Virus record (IMG/VR): IMGVR_UViG_3300034061_004620
DNA length: 64,000 bases
Origin: a virus
Taxonomy: Duplodnaviria; Caudoviricetes
Strand: one strand, 5' to 3'
Positions 56,948 to 64,000 of this stretch are shown in pieces; positions within the stretch are counted from its first letter, which is position 1, and each line of letters starts with the position of its first letter. The notes below the pieces were generated by a model that did no database searches, was not told where the DNA came from, and saw nothing but the letters and a program-made list of their open reading frames with translations. Both the position numbers and the translations under genes were made by a program.

Positions 56948-58397
56948 CATTGTAATCATAAACGTACCTGGCACAATCTCAAGAACTGCACCTGCTGCCC
57001 CTGCAATTTTAAAGGCGAGTATTGAAAAAAACGGATTTACATGTAAAACGATCGACTTCAATATAGAATTTTATCACTCTAAACATGCTAATCTTAAGAA
57101 TATTGAAAATTATTTTTTAACAGAGCTGAATACCGAAGTAATCCAAGAAGCTAAGAATATTGTTAGCAAATATGTTGATAGAATAATCAAGTTAAAACCA
57201 AAATTTGTTGGTATCAGTGTTTTTACGTATCAGAATAAAGTTGCTACAAAACTTTTCTGCCAAGAACTTAAAAAACACACCAATATTAAAATAATTCTTG
57301 GTGGCCAAGGATTGGCTGACGGTGGTATTTTAGGTCATCAGGGATTTGCAAAACAATTATTAAATGAAAATTTAATTGATTTTTATATCAAAAGTGAAGG
57401 TGAAAATTCAATAGTTGAGTTGCTAAAGGGCAATTTTGAATACCCAGGAATTAATTCAGACACATTTCAACAAATTGACAATTTAGATTCTTTACCGATT
57501 CCTGACTATTCTGACTATAATTTAGATATGTATGTTGATTCTTTACCTATTACAGGTAGTAGAGGATGTGTGAGATCGTGTTCGTTTTGTGACATACATG
57601 ATCATTGGTCTTACAAATTGAGAAAAGGCGAAGCAGTAGCTAATGAAATAATAGAATTATACAAAAAATATAATATAAAAAACTTTATGTTTACTGACAG
57701 TTTGGTTAATGGCAGTTTGAAAGAATTCAAAATATTTTGTAAATTATTAGCCGACTTTAATAGGCAGAATGATGTGAAATTGACATATAGTGGCCAATAT
57801 ATTGTGAGATCGCCGTCCCAGCTGGATGATGAATATTGGAAAAATTTGGCTATGTCTGGCGCTCAATCTTTGGCTATTGGAGTCGAAACCGGGAGTGATC
57901 GGGTAAGACAGCATATGAATAAAAAATTTACTAATCGGGATCTTGACTATACTATGGAAATGTTAGATAGATACAATATTACCTGTACATTTCTAATGAT
58001 CTTTGGATATCCTACCGAAACCGAAGAAGACTATCAAGCAACACTTGATATGTTCAAAAAGTACAAAAAATATGCTAATAAAATAATTACCAATATAAAT
58101 TTTGGATCTACGTTGGGTATTCTTCCTGGTACGCCATTATTTAATGGTGCTCAAGAATTTAATATTCAATTAGATAGACACGAAAACAATTGGGTCGCTT
58201 TAGACAATGAAAGTTTAACTTTGGAAGAAAGACTTAGAAGAAGAAATCATGCTAAAGAATATGTATTGTCTTTAGGCTATCAAATTCCAGATAGTGGCCA
58301 TGACAATGTATTGGACATCTTAAAAGAACATATTCCAGCTTTTGAGAAAAGAAATAAAATTAAAAAAATGATTAGAATCAAGGAGGCGATATCATGA
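56940..58397 (+). CDS. B12-binding radical SAM enzyme (class B-like)
   Basis: N-terminal cobalamin-binding domain (VGISVF...ILGG...GEGE-like), SRGCVRSCSFC, FTDSLVNG, GVETGS, FGYPTET. Confidence 0.9.
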   Translation: MLDIVIINVPGTISRTAPAAPAILKASIEKNGFTCKTIDFNIEFYHSKHANLKNIENYFLTELNTEVIQEAKNIVSKYVDRIIKLKPKFVGISVFTYQNKVATKLFCQELKKHTNIKIILGGQGLADGGILGHQGFAKQLLNENLIDFYIKSEGENSIVELLKGNFEYPGINSDTFQQIDNLDSLPIPDYSDYNLDMYVDSLPITGSRGCVRSCSFCDIHDHWSYKLRKGEAVANEIIELYKKYNIKNFMFTDSLVNGSLKEFKIFCKLLADFNRQNDVKLTYSGQYIVRSPSQLDDEYWKNLAMSGAQSLAIGVETGSDRVRQHMNKKFTNRDLDYTMEMLDRYNITCTFLMIFGYPTETEEDYQATLDMFKKYKKYANKIITNINFGSTLGILPGTPLFNGAQEFNIQLDRHENNWVALDNESLTLEERLRRRNHAKEYVLSLGYQIPDSGHDNVLDILKEHIPAFEKRNKIKKMIRIKEAIS

Positions 58398-59005
58398 TTG
58401 ATAAGACTAAACAATTTTTGAATGTGTTTTCTCCGCTTGAAATAGCACAGATCACTACTGCAATGAGCAAATTGCAGGATCAACCAAATGATGGAGCTTT
58501 TTTTGCTTACACAAATGGATTTAAACAAAATGATTATATTTTTCCATTTATAAAAAAAATTGTGCTAAACAAAATTGAAAAGTTAATTGACGAAAAGATC
58601 TGTTTAACAGTAGGTGTGTATCTAAAAGAGGAAATTCCTTGGCTCATCCACACTGATTACGTAAAAGGCGATTTGAAACCAAAAGGTGCATTTTTAATTC
58701 CGTTGTGCAATGAAAATACTCATACTGTAATCTTTAACGAAGAGTGTTTAACAAATTTTGCCCACTTTTTAGAAGAAAATAAAAAATTAGAAAACAATGC
58801 AAAAAATCTCTATAATACATTATGCGGACACGAAACAGAAAATCGTTTAGAGTATGTGAGTTTACACGCTGCATACAAATGGCACCCGGGATCAGTAATA
58901 TATTGGGATAGAAAATTATTACATTGTAGCGATAATTTTCTAATAAATGGTGTAAAACAAAAAACCGCACTTGTACTGTTTACAAATGACAATGAAAAAT
59001 TATAA
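58394..59005 (+). CDS. Putative 2OG-Fe(II) oxygenase-fold protein
   Basis: IHTD (HxD), FLIPL, GSVIYWDRKLLHCS (distal His). Confidence 0.6.
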   Translation: MIDKTKQFLNVFSPLEIAQITTAMSKLQDQPNDGAFFAYTNGFKQNDYIFPFIKKIVLNKIEKLIDEKICLTVGVYLKEEIPWLIHTDYVKGDLKPKGAFLIPLCNENTHTVIFNEECLTNFAHFLEENKKLENNAKNLYNTLCGHETENRLEYVSLHAAYKWHPGSVIYWDRKLLHCSDNFLINGVKQKTALVLFTNDNEKL

Positions 59006-60422
59006 TCCAGACGTACAACGACTATTTTTAGAAATGATGTTGGAAGACGCAGAAACATACGTGCGTGTTCAAAACATTTATAATGCAGACAACTTTGATC
59101 GCAGTCTTAGAGAAGCTGCACGTTTTATGAAAAAACACAGTGATGATCATAAAACTCTGCCTACTCGAGAACAGATACTGGCAGCTACAGGAGTAGAATT
59201 GAGATCAGTCCCAGATTTGCGTGAAGGACACTATGATTGGTTCCTTACTGAGTTTGAAGGATTCAGTCGTAAACAAGAACTGGAGCGAGCTATCTTAAAA
59301 GCCGCAGACATGATCGAACAAGGCAACTTTGATCCTGTAGAAAAATTGATCAAGGATGCTGTACAAATCAGTCTTACCAAAGACATGGGTACGGACTATT
59401 TTGAAGATCCCCGTGCTCGACTAATGAAAATCAAAAGCAACAACGGCCAAGTGAGTACAGGTTGGCCTACCATGGATCAACGATTGTTTGGCGGTATGAA
59501 TAGAGGCGAGCTTAATATTTTTGCCGGTGGTAGTGGATCTGGTAAATCTCTTTTCATGCAAAATATCGCGATTAACTGGATCACCGCTGGACTCAATGGT
59601 GTGTTCCTTACACTTGAGCTTAGTGAAGAGTTGTGTGCAATGCGTATGGATGCGATGGTTGCGAACTGTAGCACGAAAGAAATCTTTAAGGATTTAGACA
59701 CACTGGAAATGAAGATACGCATGGTAGGTAAGAAGAGTGGTAAATTGCGGATCAAGTACATGCCAGCACAAAGTAATGTTAATCATATTCGTGCATACTT
59801 AAAAGAATTAGAAATTCAAACAGGTCAAAAGACAGACTTTATTATGGTCGACTACCTTGATCTTGTGATGCCGGTAAGTGCCAAGGTTAGCCCCAGCGAT
59901 TTATTTGTTAAAGACAAATATGTGTCAGAAGAACTGAGAAACTTGGCAAGAGAATTTAACATACTAATGATTACTGCGTCGCAGTTGAACAGATCAGCAG
60001 TAGAAGAAATTGAATTTGACCATAGTCATATCTCGGGTGGTATCAGTAAAATTAACACAGCGGATAATGTGTTTGGTATCTTTACTTCAAGGGCTATGCG
60101 TGAGCGCGGTCGTTATCAAATACAGTTGATGAAAACTCGTAGTTCAAGTGGCGTAGGTCAAAAGGTAGATCTTGAGTTCAATATTGAAAGTTTACGTATT
60201 ACAGATCCTGGTGAAGATGCACAAAGTGAGAACGGTGGGCAAGGTTTTCGTACAAGTACACAAATAATGGATCAAATCAAAACATCTGCTACAACATCAA
60301 GTCCGCCCATGATTGCTGCTAAACCCAAACCAGGATTTGATATTGAAAAATCTGTACAAGCCAATGTTGATAGTACAAAACTCAAGCAAATGCTTGCAAG
60401 CCTAAAAACTAAAACCGAATAA
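58992..60422 (+). CDS. gp41: Replicative DnaB-like helicase (T4 gp41-like)
   Basis: Walker A AGGSGSGKS, TLELSE, Walker B MVDYLD, TASQLNRS, MKTR. Confidence 0.94.
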   Translation: MKNYNPDVQRLFLEMMLEDAETYVRVQNIYNADNFDRSLREAARFMKKHSDDHKTLPTREQILAATGVELRSVPDLREGHYDWFLTEFEGFSRKQELERAILKAADMIEQGNFDPVEKLIKDAVQISLTKDMGTDYFEDPRARLMKIKSNNGQVSTGWPTMDQRLFGGMNRGELNIFAGGSGSGKSLFMQNIAINWITAGLNGVFLTLELSEELCAMRMDAMVANCSTKEIFKDLDTLEMKIRMVGKKSGKLRIKYMPAQSNVNHIRAYLKELEIQTGQKTDFIMVDYLDLVMPVSAKVSPSDLFVKDKYVSEELRNLAREFNILMITASQLNRSAVEEIEFDHSHISGGISKINTADNVFGIFTSRAMRERGRYQIQLMKTRSSSGVGQKVDLEFNIESLRITDPGEDAQSENGGQGFRTSTQIMDQIKTSATTSSPPMIAAKPKPGFDIEKSVQANVDSTKLKQMLASLKTKTE

Positions 60423-60444
60423 ATATCTAATAACGGAGTAGATT

Positions 60445-60693
60445 TTGCAAAAGCGTACTCGCAGTATTCTTGACGAACTTGCCCATATGCCGGTCACAAA
60501 AGATCGGGAAAATCTTGTGGAAAGTCGCGCTGGACATGTTATACAAGGTGCTATTAATTTGATAAATTATATCAAAGAAAACTACGATGCCGAGCAGGCA
60601 GCTGAATTAGAGCGTAGATTACTTAATAGTATAAGGGCTCAGGATCCTGCTAAATTTGCTCGCGGAGTTAGGAGATTTAGACGTGAAGATTAA
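60445..60693 (+). CDS. Hypothetical late protein
   Basis: TAAATA at 60420, GGAG SD, TTG start. Confidence 0.78.
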   Translation: MQKRTRSILDELAHMPVTKDRENLVESRAGHVIQGAINLINYIKENYDAEQAAELERRLLNSIRAQDPAKFARGVRRFRRED

Positions 60694-61366
60694 AGACATT
60701 GTTAACGAAGTATTTGGAACACGACGCAAAAGAGATAAATTCGGCACTGATTATGAGAAGGATCCAGAAACTGGGGAATATACTGGAAGTACAGAAACCA
60801 ATCCAAGGTCATTTACAAACATGATCAAAGGCGTAGCTGACAGACTTGGAGCAGATTCAGGGAGCCAGTGGGTCAAAGCACCAGACGATAACTTGCCTGA
60901 CAAAGTCAAACGCTATCGTGTTCCCCCAGGACGAGTTTTGGTAGTGCAAAGCAGAAATGGGCGTAATTTTTTTAAATATGCTGCAAAGCCCACAGCCACC
61001 GACAAAACAGGTTTTTGGACAGATTCTGAAGGCAATACAATATTAGATTCTGAAACAATAAAAACATTAGAAAAATTAGCGCAAGAAAATGGCCAGCTGA
61101 CCTTTGATCCAAATACCACACAAAACGCACAATCAGCTGAGCCCGGTGCTGAAGCTCCTATAAACGACGAGCCAGTGGGGGAACCATCGACGTCAGAACC
61201 CTTGCATCCGGATGTTGCTATTGTACAATCAGTTCCACTGGTTATACAGTATAAAGGTAAAAGATTTGAAATGGACGACTACGGTGAGTTTCATCCATTT
61301 GGTACCACAAGAAAAGTTACTCCTGCTTTGCAAACTTTTTTGGCTAAAGAAAGGATGAAACTGTGA
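60683..61366 (+). CDS. Hypothetical late protein
   Basis: GTG start after AGGAG; N-terminus MKIKDIVNE. Confidence 0.78.
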   Translation: MKIKDIVNEVFGTRRKRDKFGTDYEKDPETGEYTGSTETNPRSFTNMIKGVADRLGADSGSQWVKAPDDNLPDKVKRYRVPPGRVLVVQSRNGRNFFKYAAKPTATDKTGFWTDSEGNTILDSETIKTLEKLAQENGQLTFDPNTTQNAQSAEPGAEAPINDEPVGEPSTSEPLHPDVAIVQSVPLVIQYKGKRFEMDDYGEFHPFGTTRKVTPALQTFLAKERMKL

Positions 61367-62109
61367 TGCATCTTAACGAAGGTGGGCATGTTTTTAAAAA
61401 CTCAGAAGGACAACCACTTACTCAACGTATAAATCGTGACGATGTGCCTGCTACTATCAATTGGATAGAGCATGTGAGTGGTATTCGATTTCCTGAAGAA
61501 ACCTGGTTAGGTACTACTGGAAGAAAATCAAGTTCTGGCGATTTAGATTTAGCAGTAGACGAAACCAGCATGGACAAAGATACTTTGGTGGCAGTTTTAT
61601 TATCTGCCGGAGTAGATGCCAAAGACATTAAAAAATCCGGTGACAGTGTACATGTAAAAGCACCAATAGGCGGTCGACTTGGGCAAGGTTATGTACAAGC
61701 CGATTTAATGTTTGGTGATCCTAAGTGGCAAGCGTTTAGCATGAGTGGCGGAAGTGAAGGCAGCAAACTAACTGGTATGAGTCGACATGTTATATTGGCC
61801 AGTGTTGTATCTGCCTTGCATCCTGGACTAAAGTGGAGTTACAAACACGGATTAGTTGATCGCGTAACCAATACTACCATCGAAGACGGCAAAAGTCCGG
61901 TCACCTTAAGTAAAATTACAGGTATTCCAATAGCAAAATTAAATTCGCCCGACGATATTATTGATACAATTAGTAAACGCCCCAACTACGATCAGCTGAT
62001 TGCAGCAGCGCGAGAAACTCTGGCCAAGAGTGATATACAGTTACCTGAAGCAGCACCCACACCAGGCACAGCCGCTTGGTTTAGAACATATACGGATAAA
62101 CTTTCATAA
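61363..62109 (+). CDS. Pol-beta superfamily nucleotidyltransferase
   Basis: LGTTG...SGDLDLAV (hG[GS/T]...DxD) and third Asp in VQADLMF. Confidence 0.72.
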   Translation: MMHLNEGGHVFKNSEGQPLTQRINRDDVPATINWIEHVSGIRFPEETWLGTTGRKSSSGDLDLAVDETSMDKDTLVAVLLSAGVDAKDIKKSGDSVHVKAPIGGRLGQGYVQADLMFGDPKWQAFSMSGGSEGSKLTGMSRHVILASVVSALHPGLKWSYKHGLVDRVTNTTIEDGKSPVTLSKITGIPIAKLNSPDDIIDTISKRPNYDQLIAAARETLAKSDIQLPEAAPTPGTAAWFRTYTDKLS

Positions 62110-63221
62110 TGTATTTTGAATTTGTTGAGTATTTAATGGAGGCAACTAATCCTCGCACTCCACACCCCGAAGACGCCATATTATCTGGCAGTGCTGCCGC
62201 AGCTCAACAAATTGCTGGCTTAAAAGCAGTGATATCTAATCCACGAAATCTCACAATTAAATGGGATGGTAAGCCGGCGTTGATATTCGGAAGAGACCAA
62301 GATGGCCAATTGGCAGTCATGGACAAGTATATGTTTGATGCAGGATTCCTTGCTAAAAATGTTGAAGATTGGAAACGATATGACAGTCAAAAGGCGTCAG
62401 GAAATCTCAGAGGTAGTTTATACAGTGCGCTCGAAGTGATATGGCCTGGGCTTGATGCTGCAACAAAAGGAGCAGGATTCTACTGGGGCGATCTTTTATA
62501 TGCAGGACAAATACAACCGCAACAGGGCAAGTTTGTATTCCAACCAAACTTAGTTGAATACAGAGTGGCAACTAACAGTGCATTGGGCAAACAAATCGCA
62601 GGCACAGTGGGTGGTATTGTAGTACATCAATACTTTGACCAATTGGGTGGTCAATCAACACAGTGGAATGGAAAAGGACTGGTAACAGTCCCGGGCGGCA
62701 TGGCTATTATTTCTCCAACAGCAGGTAATAAATTTAGCCTTAAAACTCCAGTACAGCAAGAACGAGCAGCAGAATCGGCGCTTAAAAAATATGGTGCTGC
62801 TGTTGACGAATTATTGGCTTCTATACCACAAAGCACCAGGGATAGAATTAAAACTTATTTTAATAAATTTATTACCAAACAAGTATCTGAACCTTTACAC
62901 ACTTGGTTGGCAGTAAATGTTAGCAAAGTACAATACAACGCTTTAGCTGGTGATGATTATACAGGTAAACTATTTGCACAAACACCTGCTGGTGAAATTG
63001 TAGAAAGTCCTGGGTATGTGGGCCTCAAAGCCATTTGGAATAGCATTTACGCTTTCAAGCAAAATTTAGCTAAACAATTAGCAGCACAAGTACAGGGCAT
63101 TGAAGAATATGTCAATGGGCAACCCGCCGGCGAAGGATTTGTTTTTCCCACCACATCTGGGCTTGTTAAAATAGTAGATAGAGAAGTGTTTAGTGCGGCT
63201 AATTTCGCCAAAATGGCGTAA
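62109..63221 (+). CDS. ATP-dependent ligase-like (covalent nucleotidyltransferase/RNA-ligase fold) protein, DUF6267-like
   Basis: Motif I IKWDG (KxDG), motif IV GEGFV, motif V VKIVDR. Confidence 0.68.
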   Translation: MYFEFVEYLMEATNPRTPHPEDAILSGSAAAAQQIAGLKAVISNPRNLTIKWDGKPALIFGRDQDGQLAVMDKYMFDAGFLAKNVEDWKRYDSQKASGNLRGSLYSALEVIWPGLDAATKGAGFYWGDLLYAGQIQPQQGKFVFQPNLVEYRVATNSALGKQIAGTVGGIVVHQYFDQLGGQSTQWNGKGLVTVPGGMAIISPTAGNKFSLKTPVQQERAAESALKKYGAAVDELLASIPQSTRDRIKTYFNKFITKQVSEPLHTWLAVNVSKVQYNALAGDDYTGKLFAQTPAGEIVESPGYVGLKAIWNSIYAFKQNLAKQLAAQVQGIEEYVNGQPAGEGFVFPTTSGLVKIVDREVFSAANFAKMA

Positions 63222-63225
63222 TTGG

Positions 63226-63274
63226 TATAAATATTAACATGCGATAACACGCAACTAATTAAGGAGAAACAAAA
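63226..63274 (+). promoter_or_regulatory. Late promoter TATAAATA plus 5' hairpin and SD
   Basis: Exact T4 late consensus; TGCG-ATAACA-CGCA hairpin; AAGGAG. Confidence 0.8.
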
Positions 63275-63703
63275 ATGCCAATCGGAGTAACAAGAGTACA
63301 CGGCAGCACAGCCGGTGTAAATAACGTAGGGTCAGGTCAGAGTTTTGCTAATGCAGCAATTATTAATACTGGTATTGCATCGCCTATCACAGCATTCAAA
63401 ATCACCACACTTGGTGTAACTGCTAACTTAGCAGCTGAATTAGATGATCCAAGTGGTGCTGGTGTAGTAGGTGCAGTTGAAACATTAATGAAAGTAATTT
63501 CAACCAATGCTTCAGTTCTGGCATATCAAGTTGATAGTTCTGGATCAACTGCTCAATTGAGCGTTATAGTTGAGCGTAGTTCATGGACTGACTCGGATCT
63601 ACAAGTATCTATTCGTGCATTAGGTGGTAATATTGGTTCGCGCGGTAATGTATTTCCTGCACTTGCAGCAGTTACATCAACTGGCGGTATTAAACTTGCT
63701 TAA
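63275..63703 (+). CDS. Probable virion structural protein (Gly/Ala/Val-rich)
   Basis: Strong late promoter, SD and its own terminator; paralog follows. Confidence 0.75.
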   Translation: MPIGVTRVHGSTAGVNNVGSGQSFANAAIINTGIASPITAFKITTLGVTANLAAELDDPSGAGVVGAVETLMKVISTNASVLAYQVDSSGSTAQLSVIVERSSWTDSDLQVSIRALGGNIGSRGNVFPALAAVTSTGGIKLA

Positions 63704-63716
63704 TTTAATTAAGTGT

Positions 63717-63745
63717 AAAAAAGCAGACTTCGGTCTGCTTTTTTT
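63717..63745. terminator. Intrinsic (likely bidirectional) terminator
   Basis: A6-GCAGAC-TTCG-GTCTGC-T7 with a cUUCGg tetraloop. Confidence 0.92.
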
Positions 63746-63754
63746 ATGAACAAC

Positions 63755-63798
63755 ATAAATATTAACATGCGGTAACGCAAACTATTTAGGAGAAAAAA
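63755..63798 (+). promoter_or_regulatory. Second copy of the late promoter/hairpin leader
   Basis: ATAAATATTAACATGCG identical to 63227-63243; TGCG-GTAA-CGCA hairpin; AGGAG. Confidence 0.8.
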
Positions 63799-64000
63799 AT
63801 GCCAACAGGATTAGACCGTAGCGCAGGCTACTTTTTTGCAGGTACTACAGGAACTTTGATCGAACCAGGTCAGAGTATTGCATTATATGTTGTTGATGCT
63901 GGTGTAAACTTATCAACCGAAGACGACGCAGCCAACGAAGCATACGAAGCAATCATTCAAGCTTTCCCACCAGTGCTTGCATATTTTGCTCATGCAACAT
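63799..64000 (+). CDS. Paralog of 63275..63703, 3'-truncated by the window edge
   Basis: Read manually: MPTGLDRSAG...NLSTEDD...AYEAIIQAFPPVLAY, aligning with MPIGVTRVHG...NLAAELD...AVETL...VLAY. Confidence 0.7.
   Translation, partial: MPTGLDRSAGYFFAGTTGTLIEPGQSIALYVVDAGVNLSTEDDAANEAYEAIIQAFPPVLAYFAHAT

Noticed and set aside
2188-60422. Inteins or introns in terL, uvsX, uvsW, primase or helicase
   Set aside because: All have normal lengths and contiguous motifs; no splice-junction or LAGLIDADG signatures.
448-63301. Numerous 60-134 aa ORFs antisense to or nested in called genes (for example 2761..3012, 13286..13615, 39145..39486, 43189..43578, 54055..54459)
   Set aside because: Shadow ORFs with no SD, promoter or recognisable motif, overlapping well-supported genes.
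1-64000. Stop-codon reassignment (seen in some large phages)
   Set aside because: Core genes are full length under code 11. TAA, TGA and TAG (25560, 29774) all end genes at sensible positions.

Overview
A 64-kb segment of a large, AT-rich dsDNA tailed phage of the broad T4-related (jumbo-phage-like) supergroup. It is not a cellular chromosome. Core genes recognised: terminase large subunit, gp32-like SSB, UvsX, UvsY, UvsW, gp61-like primase, gp41-like helicase, a probable gp62-like clamp-loader subunit, a BppU-like baseplate protein and a 1392-aa tail fibre. Between and around these sits a very large accessory load: six radical-SAM enzymes, two nucleotide-sugar/glycosyltransferase clusters (branched-sugar and ADP-heptose-like), a Pho-box-preceded pstS plus OprO/P porin unit, an outer-membrane beta-barrel, a fatty-acid desaturase, a PRMT-like methyltransferase, a minimal Pol III-alpha catalytic core, and a Pol-beta NTase plus ligase-like pair. 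The porins and PstS imply a Gram-negative host; a betaproteobacterial, low-phosphate aquatic host is my inference. Two promoter classes are visible: sigma70-type TTGACN-N17-TATAAT and T4-late-like (A/C)TAA(A/G)TA. I found no tRNA, rRNA, CRISPR array, intein, intron, transposase or reverse transcriptase. All product calls come from motifs read by eye; no database search was run.
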